Source of the DNA: Hyphomicrobiales bacterium
Lineage (GTDB): Bacteria; Pseudomonadota; Alphaproteobacteria; Rhizobiales; JAJFHR01
NCBI GenBank assembly: GCA_021775475.1
Contig: JAJFHS010000053.1
Location: forward strand, 44,271-108,270
Length of the DNA: 64,000 nucleotides
Direction of reading: 5' to 3'
Shown here: one piece after another, positions 1-8,233 of the stretch
Position numbering within the stretch: the stretch's first letter is position 1
Layout of the letters: every line of letters starts with the position of its first letter
The notes under the pieces: model-generated
The model's database searches: none
The model's input: only the letters and a program-made list of their open reading frames with translations
Told to the model about the DNA's origin: nothing
Position numbers and translations under genes: made by a program

Positions 1-1550
1 ATGATATTGTGCTGGTTGATCGTGACTGTCACAAATCACACCACTACGGCATGGTGCTGGCCGGTGCCAGTGTGGTCTATCTCGACAGTTATCCCTTGCA
101 TGAGTATTCCATGTATGGCGCTGTGCCGTTGCAGCTGATCAAGGAAAAACTGCTGATGTTGCGCCAGGAGGGTAAACTTGACCGCGTAAAAATGCTGCTG
201 CTCACCAACTGTACCTTCGATGGTATTATCTACAATGTTCAACGCGTGATGGAAGAATGCCTCGCCATCAAACCTGATCTGGTCTTCCTGTGGGATGAAG
301 CATGGTTCGGCTTTGCCCGCTTTGGCCCCACTTACAGACAACGCACCGCCATGTATTCAGCCACGCTACTGCGCGAACGTTATCGCTCATCGGAATATCG
401 CCTCGAGTATGAAGAATACCTCAAGGATGCCGCCGACCTTGACAACATAGAGGCCTGCCTTGATCGCCCGTTGATGCCCGACCCCGACAAGGTGCGCATC
501 AGAACCTACGCCACCCAGTCCACCCACAAAACCCTGACCGCCCTGCGTCAGGGTTCGATGATCCATATTCATGATCAGGATTACAAGTCCAAGGTCGAGG
601 AGTCTTTTCACGAAGCCTATATGACGCATACGTCAACCTCACCCAATTACCAGATATTGGCATCCCTTGATGTCGGTCGCCGTCAGGTGGAACTGGAAGG
701 CTTCGAGCTGGTGCAAAAACAGGTCGAAATGGCCATGACCTTGCGCAAAAGCATTGCCACCCACCCCTTGTTGAGCAAATATTTCCAGCTTTTGAAAGTC
801 GGCGACATGGTGCCGGAACAATACCGTCAGTCCGGCATTGAAAGTTATTATGACCCGGACCATGGCTGGAACAACATCTGGGAGGCCTGGGCCAGTGATG
901 AATTTTGCCTCGATGCCACCCGGGTGACATTGTTTGTCGGCCATACGGGAATGGATGGCGACACGTTTAAAAACGATATCCTGATGGATAAATACGGCAT
1001 TCAGATCAACAAAACCTCACGCAATTCGGTCCTGTTCATGACCAATATCGGCACCACACGCTCATCCGTTGCCTATCTGATTGAAGTTCTTGTAAAGATC
1101 GCCAAAGACTTGGAGGAAAGCCTCGAAGACATGAGCCCGGCCGAGCGCCGCCTGCATGAAGTTAATGTGAAATCGGTGGTCGAAGACCTGCCGCCACTGC
1201 CGGATTTTTCACATTTTCACGCGGTTTTTCGTAAAGATCCCGCAGGAAAAGTCGGCGAAGGTGATTCCCGATCAGCATATTTCCTCGCCTACGATGAAGA
1301 TAAATGGGAATTCATCCGGCTCGACGGCGAAATTCAAGCTGCCATGGACGCAGGCAGGCAAGTGGTTTCCGCCTCTTTCATCATCCCCTATCCACCCGGC
1401 TTTCCCATCCTTGTGCCGGGGCAGGTGGCCAGCCGCGAAATCATTGAGTTCCTGACCAAGCTCGACGTTAAGGAAATCCACGGGTTTCGCCCGGAGCTGG
1501 GATTGCGGGTATTTACACAAGCGGCAATCGACGAATTAAGCAACAGTTGA
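1..1550 (+). CDS. Orn/Lys/Arg decarboxylase family PLP enzyme, 5' end outside the window
   Basis: The reading frame is open from the window edge and the ORF-track Met at 9 is internal. Motifs DRDCHKSHH, QSTHKTL (PLP lysine) and C-terminal IIPYPPGFPILVPGQ are typical of large fold-I basic-amino-acid decarboxylases. Confidence 0.85.
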   Translation, partial: DIVLVDRDCHKSHHYGMVLAGASVVYLDSYPLHEYSMYGAVPLQLIKEKLLMLRQEGKLDRVKMLLLTNCTFDGIIYNVQRVMEECLAIKPDLVFLWDEAWFGFARFGPTYRQRTAMYSATLLRERYRSSEYRLEYEEYLKDAADLDNIEACLDRPLMPDPDKVRIRTYATQSTHKTLTALRQGSMIHIHDQDYKSKVEESFHEAYMTHTSTSPNYQILASLDVGRRQVELEGFELVQKQVEMAMTLRKSIATHPLLSKYFQLLKVGDMVPEQYRQSGIESYYDPDHGWNNIWEAWASDEFCLDATRVTLFVGHTGMDGDTFKNDILMDKYGIQINKTSRNSVLFMTNIGTTRSSVAYLIEVLVKIAKDLEESLEDMSPAERRLHEVNVKSVVEDLPPLPDFSHFHAVFRKDPAGKVGEGDSRSAYFLAYDEDKWEFIRLDGEIQAAMDAGRQVVSASFIIPYPPGFPILVPGQVASREIIEFLTKLDVKEIHGFRPELGLRVFTQAAIDELSNS

Positions 1551-1574
1551 AAATTAGTGCTGGGAGGCAAATCA

Positions 1575-3059
1575 ATGGCTAGGAAAACGACAAAAAAGCC
1601 TAAAAAGAAACAGGCCAAGAAACTTAATAATATTTCTGATATCAGACGTTTTTTTCATCGCAATGAACGACCGATTTTCTTCATTAGCGCCACCAATTTC
1701 AACCTGCTCGGCATTGATGAATGGTGCCGCAACTTCAAATATATCTCCTACATCGACTGTTTCGATGGCCGCCATCCAAATGTCTTTGTGCCAACGGAAA
1801 AAGAGCACCCCGAGTTTGAATCAATAGAAGACATCAATGCCTATCTGCTTGAGCACAAGGAAGTCATCGACCTTATAAAGTCTAGCAAGAGACGTCCGAA
1901 AATTGTCTTCTTGATGTTCGACAAGCGTATCGAAAAAATCTGCCGGGAACTAAAATATGATGTGTGGTTTCCCAAAGCTGCCTTGCGTGAAAAAATCGAC
2001 CACAAAATCGAAACCGTCCGCATCGGCAATGCCGCAAAAGTGCCTAGCGTACCCAATGTGTTGAGCAAGATTGACAGCTGGGAACATCTGGTCAAGCTGT
2101 CCAAACCTGTGGGCCAGGACATGGTGCTGCAATCAGCCTTTGGTGATAGTGGCCACACCACGTTTTTCATCAAAAACGAAAAAGATTTCAGGCGCTACGA
2201 ACAAAAAATCGTTGGTCAGGGCGAAATCAAGATCATGAAACGCATTGATTGCCGTGGCTCGGCGATCGAAGCCTGTGCCACTAAAGAAGGCACAATGGTG
2301 GGGCCGCTGATGACCGAACTTGTCGGCTTCAAGCAATTGACCCCTTATCGCGGTGGCTGGTGTGGCAATGAAATCTTCCCCGGAGCTTTTACTGAAGACA
2401 TTCGCGAAAAAACCCGTAAATACACCGAACAATTTGGCAATCAACTGGCCAAGGAGGGGTATCGCGGGTATTTCGAACTCGATTTCCTCATCGACAAAAA
2501 TGATGGTGAAGTCTACCTTGGCGAATGTAACCCACGCGTGACCGGCGCCAGTTCCATGACCAATCATGCTGCTTTCGCCCATGCGGACGCACCGTTGTTC
2601 CTGTTCCATCTGCTCGAATTTTCCGACGTACCTTTTAATCTTGATGTCGCCGAACTCAACCGCCGCTGGGCTGATCGCGACAACATTGATGACTGGTGCC
2701 AGATGATCATCAAACACACTGAAGACAGTGTCGACATCCTCACGCAAGCACCTGAAAGCGGAATCTGGAAACTGTTGCCTGATGGAACGGTCGAATTTGA
2801 CCGCTTCGATTATCATCGCCGCGCTGTCGGCAGCGAACAAGAAGCTTTTTTCCTGCGTATTTCCAACGTTGGTGATTATCGCTACGAAGGTGCCGATCTT
2901 GGCATCCTGATTACCCGTGGCCGCGCCATGGGCAAGGGGTTCCACCTCAACAACCGGGCCAAGCAATGGATTGAAGGTATGAAATCCCAGTTCAAGGCAG
3001 CGCCCCTGCCCGCTGCTGAACCTGTGTCCTTAAGCGATCCAGCCTTCAAGATTATGTAA
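1575..3059 (+). CDS. ATP-grasp domain protein (carboxylate-amine ligase-like) with a strongly basic N-terminus
   Basis: GGGAGG lies 7 nt upstream of ATG 1575, so this start is preferred over GTG 1557. The C-terminal half has ATP-grasp-like motifs (GYRGYFELDFLID, GECNPRVTG). The N-terminus is MARKTTKKPKKKQAKK. Confidence 0.7.
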   Translation: MARKTTKKPKKKQAKKLNNISDIRRFFHRNERPIFFISATNFNLLGIDEWCRNFKYISYIDCFDGRHPNVFVPTEKEHPEFESIEDINAYLLEHKEVIDLIKSSKRRPKIVFLMFDKRIEKICRELKYDVWFPKAALREKIDHKIETVRIGNAAKVPSVPNVLSKIDSWEHLVKLSKPVGQDMVLQSAFGDSGHTTFFIKNEKDFRRYEQKIVGQGEIKIMKRIDCRGSAIEACATKEGTMVGPLMTELVGFKQLTPYRGGWCGNEIFPGAFTEDIREKTRKYTEQFGNQLAKEGYRGYFELDFLIDKNDGEVYLGECNPRVTGASSMTNHAAFAHADAPLFLFHLLEFSDVPFNLDVAELNRRWADRDNIDDWCQMIIKHTEDSVDILTQAPESGIWKLLPDGTVEFDRFDYHRRAVGSEQEAFFLRISNVGDYRYEGADLGILITRGRAMGKGFHLNNRAKQWIEGMKSQFKAAPLPAAEPVSLSDPAFKIM

Positions 3060-3070
3060 TAGTAGCTTCC

Positions 3071-4054
3071 ATGGATCTTATCTTTGAAACCATATTTGAG
3101 ACCACGCCCGGAAGCCTCTGGCAGCGTAAGTTCCAAAGGTTCTGGCCTGCCTACCGGCGATGGTTTTTAAGCGAAGGCATCTCCGGCCGCCAGACCTATC
3201 TGGCCGGCTTGCGGGCTTTAAAAACCCACATGCCTGAACTTGTCCCCACCTATGAGACCTTGTGCGAACTGGCCGGTGGTGGTGATCTGGCGGCACGGTT
3301 TTTGAGCTTTTACCGCCCGCCGCTCTACCTTTCCGGCTGCTCACAAGCCATCTGGCTCGGCAAAGAACCGATGCTGGTGCGTAATTATGATTATGATCCC
3401 AACCTGTGCGATGGCATCATCCTCGACAGTGCCTGGAACGGCAGGCGCGTAATTGCCATGTCTGATGGCATGTGGGGCGTGGTCGATGGCATGAATGACG
3501 CAGGGCTTGCCATATCATTGACTTTTGGTGGCCGCCGCGTGGTTGGGGACGGCTTCGGTGTGCCGTTAATCCTGCGTTATATTCTGGAATTTTGCGACAC
3601 CACCAAGCAAGCCATTGCTGTGTTAAAGCGCGTGCCGTGTCATATGGCCTACAACATTACCATGGTTGATCGCAGCTCAGCTTATGCAACAGCGTATTTG
3701 TCCCCTAACCGCGACGTGGTCATTTCCAACACCCGCGTTGCCACCAACCACCAGGAACATGTGGAATGGCACCAACATGCCCGCACCACCGCCACGGTGG
3801 AACGTGAACGTTTTTTGCTCCAGCGCCTCACCATGCACGAAGAACCCGCCGACAGGTTCATCGCCGCATTCTTGAAACCACCGCTTTATTCCACCAGTTA
3901 TTCCAAAGGTTTTGGCACCATCTACACTTCCGTTTACTGGCCCGCTCGGGGTATGGCTGAGTTTCACTGGCCCGGTGATATCTGGAAACACAAGCTTGGC
4001 GAGACCGCCAATGAGCGCCGCCATATACGCTACCCCGATGGCCTGGTGGCTTAG
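3071..4054 (+). CDS. Peptidase C45 / acyl-CoA:6-APA acyltransferase-like Ntn hydrolase
   Basis: 327-aa ORF, 11 nt after the previous stop. It has a candidate autoprocessing Gly-Cys nucleophile (YLSGCSQAIW) and overall C45/choloylglycine-hydrolase-like character. The family was assigned by eye only. Confidence 0.55.
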   Translation: MDLIFETIFETTPGSLWQRKFQRFWPAYRRWFLSEGISGRQTYLAGLRALKTHMPELVPTYETLCELAGGGDLAARFLSFYRPPLYLSGCSQAIWLGKEPMLVRNYDYDPNLCDGIILDSAWNGRRVIAMSDGMWGVVDGMNDAGLAISLTFGGRRVVGDGFGVPLILRYILEFCDTTKQAIAVLKRVPCHMAYNITMVDRSSAYATAYLSPNRDVVISNTRVATNHQEHVEWHQHARTTATVERERFLLQRLTMHEEPADRFIAAFLKPPLYSTSYSKGFGTIYTSVYWPARGMAEFHWPGDIWKHKLGETANERRHIRYPDGLVA

Positions 4055-4089
4055 AACCAATCAACACAATATGAAATTCAGGAATCTCA

Positions 4090-4875
4090 ATGGCTGACAT
4101 TTTTTCACTCGACAATCTTTTAACACTGGCAATGCTGGTCCTGCTACAGGCGGTTTTAGGGTTTGATAATCTGTTGTATATTGCCCTTGAATCGAAGAGC
4201 GTAGCCCCCGAAAGTCAGGCCCGCGTGCGCCGGTTGGGCATCATCATCGCCCTTGTCTTGCGTGTTGTTTTGCTGTTGGCCCTGACCCAGGCGGTACAAT
4301 ATTTCCAGGCACCGTTTTTCTCATTAAAACTACCCGGCATATTCGAAATCACTTTAAACTTTCACAGCTTGATCGTGCTCGCAGGCGGGGTATTTATCAT
4401 TTACGCCGCACTCAAGGAGATAATTCACATGTTGTCTGTCGACGATCTGGGAGTGGCGACTGATACATCAAAATTGCGCTCGGTAACCTCAGCGGTAACC
4501 TGGATAGTTGCCATGAACGTGGTGTTTTCCTTCGATTCAATTCTGTCAGCCATGGCCCTGACCGACAAGTTCTGGATCATGGCGTTTGCGGTGGTCATAT
4601 CAGGAATATTGATGTTGATGCTGATCGATAATGTGGCGCAATTTTTGACCAAAAACCGCATGTACGAAGTGCTCGGCCTGTTTATCCTGTTTATTGTCGG
4701 CATATTGCTGCTGTCCGATGGCGGCAAACTGGCGCAACTGTCCTTTTTCGACTACCCGATCGAACCGATGGCCAAATCAACATTTTATTTCGTCATCGCC
4801 GTTCTGGTCATCGTCGATGTCATTCAGGGCCGCTACCAGAAAAAACTCGACCGCCAGCGAAAACGCGGTGGTTGA
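4090..4875 (+). CDS. TerC family integral membrane protein
   Basis: 261-aa polytopic membrane protein with the N-terminal LQAVLGFDNLLYIAL motif typical of the TerC/YjbE family. Confidence 0.7.
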   Translation: MADIFSLDNLLTLAMLVLLQAVLGFDNLLYIALESKSVAPESQARVRRLGIIIALVLRVVLLLALTQAVQYFQAPFFSLKLPGIFEITLNFHSLIVLAGGVFIIYAALKEIIHMLSVDDLGVATDTSKLRSVTSAVTWIVAMNVVFSFDSILSAMALTDKFWIMAFAVVISGILMLMLIDNVAQFLTKNRMYEVLGLFILFIVGILLLSDGGKLAQLSFFDYPIEPMAKSTFYFVIAVLVIVDVIQGRYQKKLDRQRKRGG

Positions 4876-4934
4876 TTTGTAAAACAGTATGAAAACTCCT
4901 GGGGCTTATTCCTTTCAGTTACCCCACCACATGG

Positions 4935-5050
4935 CGTCATCCTCGGGCTTGACCCGAGGACCCATACCGTTGAGTTTTCTAAAACAAAGATACTGTCTTT
5001 GAGCCGTGAGTTTTGAGGAATAGATCCTCGGGTCAAGCCCGAGGATGACG
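4935..5050. mobile_element. MITE-like element, copy 1: 26-bp perfect terminal inverted repeats (CGTCATCCTCGGGCTTGACCCGAGGA), each arm itself a hairpin
   Basis: Arms lie at 4935-4960 and 5025-5050. A second copy at 44216-44343 has an interior about 80% identical in inverted orientation. This copy sits between the convergent 3' ends of terC and glyA. Confidence 0.75.
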
Positions 5051-5088
5051 AATTTGAGAGATATGAAACCAATTATATACGGATGCTT

Positions 5089-6366
5089 TTAGCCAGGAAG
5101 TCGCTGATATACAGGATATCTCTGACAAATCTTGATTATTCTGCTGGCAACTTCCTCAGCGACTACCTCAACTCGCCCGCTAGCTTCAGCCTCAATAAGA
5201 TCAGCAATCATGTTGCCCACATCGTTAAGGTCCTTCTCACCCAGCCCGCGTGTGGTAACAGCACCAACGCCCAGTCTCAAGCCAACCCATTCAGACGGTT
5301 TGACGTTGTCAAAAGGTATCGGGTTTTTGTTGGACGTTAGATGGCCTGCGGCAAGTGCGTCTTGAGCACGCTGGCCATTAATGCCGCTGGTGGACAGATC
5401 GAGCAGAACAATATGCGTATCGGTTCCATTACTGACAATCTTCACACCGCGCTGCATGAGTGTATCAGCCAGCCTGACCGCATTGGCTTTGAGCTTTTGG
5501 CCATAGAGTTTAAATTCCGGTTGCAACGCTTCACCCAGACACACAGCCTTGGCGGCAATAACCTGGCTGTGCAGACTGCCCTGCACGCCGGGAAAGACGG
5601 CTGATTGCAGTTTCTTTTCCCATGTCAGATTGTTGGAAAGAATTAACCCGCCGCGCGGACCACGCATGGTTTTGGTGGTGGTGCAGGTGACAATATCGGC
5701 ATGCGGCAGGGGAGAAGGATGAACGCCGGCTGCCACCAACCCGGCGAAATGAGCCATATCCACAAGGAACATCGCCCCCGCTTTATCAGCAATACTGCGC
5801 AAACGCTGAAAATCAATTTCACGCGGGTAAGCCGAACCGCCGGTAATCAGCAAAGCCGGTTTAAATTCCATCGCCTGACGTTCAACCGCGTCACAATCAA
5901 TCCTGCCGGTTGCCGCATCAACATTATAATGTGCAGCTTCAAACCAGCGCCCGGACAGATTAGGCGGTGCACCATGGCTCAAATGCCCGCCAGCCTGAAG
6001 ACCGAGGCTCAAAATACGATCCCCCGGCCTTAACAGGGCAAAAAACACCGCCTGATTGGCCTGCGTACCCGAATGCGGTTGCACATTGACATAGGCGCAA
6101 TCAAACAATTCTTTGGCCCGGTCAATGGCGGCCTGTTCGGCCACATCCATAAACTCACCGCCACCATGAAACCGGTTGCCGGGATAGCCCTCAAGCGTCT
6201 TGTTGGTGATCTGGTGACCCAGAGCATCGAGCACCGCACGGCTCACCATATTTTCCGAAGCAATCAATTCCAGTTGCGTTTCCTGACGATGAGCCTCGTC
6301 ATCCAGCGCCTTGGCAATAAGCGCATCAGTATGTTGCAAGGACGTAGTGAAAAAACTGTTGGCCAT
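5089..6366 (-). CDS. glyA: Serine hydroxymethyltransferase
   Basis: Full-length SHMT similarity (ELIASENMVS, VQPHSGTQAN, TTTTKTMRGPRGG with the PLP lysine). ATG at 6366 is preceded by GAAGGA. The upstream extension to 6429 is not SHMT-like. Confidence 0.95.
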   Translation of the reverse strand: MANSFFTTSLQHTDALIAKALDDEAHRQETQLELIASENMVSRAVLDALGHQITNKTLEGYPGNRFHGGGEFMDVAEQAAIDRAKELFDCAYVNVQPHSGTQANQAVFFALLRPGDRILSLGLQAGGHLSHGAPPNLSGRWFEAAHYNVDAATGRIDCDAVERQAMEFKPALLITGGSAYPREIDFQRLRSIADKAGAMFLVDMAHFAGLVAAGVHPSPLPHADIVTCTTTKTMRGPRGGLILSNNLTWEKKLQSAVFPGVQGSLHSQVIAAKAVCLGEALQPEFKLYGQKLKANAVRLADTLMQRGVKIVSNGTDTHIVLLDLSTSGINGQRAQDALAAGHLTSNKNPIPFDNVKPSEWVGLRLGVGAVTTRGLGEKDLNDVGNMIADLIEAEASGRVEVVAEEVASRIIKICQRYPVYQRLPG

Positions 6367-6463
6367 CGGTTTTCCTTCGCCTGAAAATATGTGATGAATG
6401 GCAGTCACGAAACTATCTGCCCCTAACACGTCAATAAAGCCACTTGCAACCGGGAAAATTTCA

Positions 6464-7246
6464 ATGCCGCGTTTTGCTGCAAACCTGACGATGATGTTTA
6501 ACGAAGTCGCGTTTCTCGACCGTTTTGCCGCAGCGGCAAGGGCAGGATTTAAAGGCGTCGAAATTCTGTTCCCCTATGATTTTCCATCGGATGTACTGGC
6601 AGAAAAGTTGCAGCGTTACGATCTTCAACAGGTGTTGTTTAACACGCCTGCGGGAAACTGGCAGGCTGGTGAGCGCGGGCTGGCCTGTCTTCCTGGTCGC
6701 GAAGCTGAATTTGAAGACAGTCTCGAGATTTTGTTGGCTTATGCTGATGTTCTGGACTGTAAACAGATACATATGCTGGCAGGCGTACCACCACCGGAGT
6801 GTTCGCCACATCAGGCAAAAGAAACTTATATCAATAATTTGCGCAAAGCTGCGGGTATTTGCCGCCGCCACGGCATCACGGTCTTGATTGAGCCAATAAA
6901 TCATGGCGACATGCCGGGATATTTTCTTCACCATCAGGCCCAGGCAATCGAATTGCTGCAACTGGCCGGAGAAGTAAATATTGCCTTGCAAATGGATATT
7001 TATCACTGTCAAATCACCGAAGGATGCCCGGCAAATCTCATTCGCGAAAATTTTTCCCATATTGGTCATTTTCAAATCGCCGGAGTGCCCGGACGCCACG
7101 AACCAGATACTGGTGTGATAGACTACCCGGCTCTCTTTGATTTAATCGATGGCCTCAATTACGGTGGCTGGATTGGTTGCGAATACCACCCGGCGGCACA
7201 GACTGAAGCAGGATTAGGGTGGGCTGCTCCCTACGCAATAGGATAG
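6464..7246 (+). CDS. Hydroxypyruvate isomerase / 2-oxo-tetronate isomerase family (xylose-isomerase-like TIM barrel)
   Basis: MPRFAANLTMMFNE is the classic Hyi N-terminus, and the 260-aa length fits. The start at 6464 is preferred over the ORF-track start at 6398. Confidence 0.8.
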   Translation: MPRFAANLTMMFNEVAFLDRFAAAARAGFKGVEILFPYDFPSDVLAEKLQRYDLQQVLFNTPAGNWQAGERGLACLPGREAEFEDSLEILLAYADVLDCKQIHMLAGVPPPECSPHQAKETYINNLRKAAGICRRHGITVLIEPINHGDMPGYFLHHQAQAIELLQLAGEVNIALQMDIYHCQITEGCPANLIRENFSHIGHFQIAGVPGRHEPDTGVIDYPALFDLIDGLNYGGWIGCEYHPAAQTEAGLGWAAPYAIG

Positions 7247-7250
7247 ATTT

Positions 7251-8228
7251 ATGAAAGTTGTGATTTTAGGCGGACACGGTTTTTTGGGCACCATGCTTGC
7301 CCAGCGATTGTTGCAAAAAAACTGTCTGATGGACAGAAATAACACCAGCCAGGCAATCGATGAACTGGTTCTGGTTGATCAAATGCCACCCCAAATATCC
7401 GTAGAAGGTGCCACCTCCCTGATTGGCGACATTACCGATCCCGGTTTTCTCAAAACCGTCATCGATGAAGATGTCACAAGTATTTTCCATCTCGCCGCCG
7501 TGGTCAGTGCCGCGGCTGAAGCTGATTTTGATTTGGGTATGCGGGTAAATCTTGAAGCGACCCGGAATGTTCTGGAATGTTGCCGCAACTTGCCCCGGCC
7601 ACCATGGCTGGTGTTTTCAAGTTCGCTTGCCGTATTTGGCAATGCCCCTGCGGTGGTTATGGACGACACCCCGGCCCTGCCCCTGTCTTCTTATGGCACC
7701 CAGAAAGTCATCGGCGAATATCTTAGCTGCGAATATACTCGCAAAGGTTTCGTTGACGCCAGATGCCTCCGCCTGCCCACCATCACCATCCGGCCTGGAA
7801 AGCCCAACAAGGCCGCTTCATCTTTCATCAGTTCCATTCTGCGCGAGCCGTTGCAAGGCCTTGAAGCCATCTGCCCGGTGACGCGCGATATGAACTTATG
7901 GGTACAATCGCCGCCAACGGTAATTGAAAACCTCATTCATGCCCATGACACACCAGCAAGCGCATGGGACGAAGGTCCGCGCATCCTCAATCTGCCCGGC
8001 CTCAGTGTCAGTGTTGACGAAATGGTCGCCGCCCTGAAACGCGCCGGTGGTGATACTTCTTTAATACGCTGGCAAACTGATAGCGAAATTGCCCGGTTGG
8101 TCGGCAGTTGGCCCGGTGCCATGAACACCGCGCGCGCTACCCAGATGGGATTTAAAGGCGATGACATTATCGATGATATAATCAGGGACTACCTTGATTT
8201 TTACGCCCAACAGACACAGCCAGCGTAA
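7251..8228 (+). CDS. NAD-dependent epimerase/dehydratase (extended SDR), possibly D-erythronate dehydrogenase-like
   Basis: It has GGHGFLG Rossmann and YGTQK (YxxxK) motifs and starts 4 nt after the hyi-like stop. The DenD-like assignment is only a context guess. Confidence 0.7.
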   Translation: MKVVILGGHGFLGTMLAQRLLQKNCLMDRNNTSQAIDELVLVDQMPPQISVEGATSLIGDITDPGFLKTVIDEDVTSIFHLAAVVSAAAEADFDLGMRVNLEATRNVLECCRNLPRPPWLVFSSSLAVFGNAPAVVMDDTPALPLSSYGTQKVIGEYLSCEYTRKGFVDARCLRLPTITIRPGKPNKAASSFISSILREPLQGLEAICPVTRDMNLWVQSPPTVIENLIHAHDTPASAWDEGPRILNLPGLSVSVDEMVAALKRAGGDTSLIRWQTDSEIARLVGSWPGAMNTARATQMGFKGDDIIDDIIRDYLDFYAQQTQPA

Positions 8229-8233
8229 ATTTT

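Noticed and set aside
2133-2966. 277-aa minus-strand ORF antisense to the ATP-grasp gene. Similar long antisense or alternate-frame ORFs occur at 6461-7099, 20095-20646, 47614-48201, 58360-59013, 59124-59651 and 60603-61163.
   Set aside because: Each lies entirely inside a gene whose own frame carries clear family motifs. None has a recognisable motif or RBS. These are typical shadow ORFs.
4055-4089. Possible yybP-ykoY (Mn) riboswitch upstream of the TerC-family gene.
   Set aside because: Only 35 nt separate it from the preceding stop codon, which leaves no room for the element.
4833-5072. 79-aa minus-strand ORF containing SSPRMT (and the analogous 44129-44323 ORF).
   Set aside because: Both are translations of the MITE-like element arms. 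The peptide similarity reflects the DNA repeat, not a gene.
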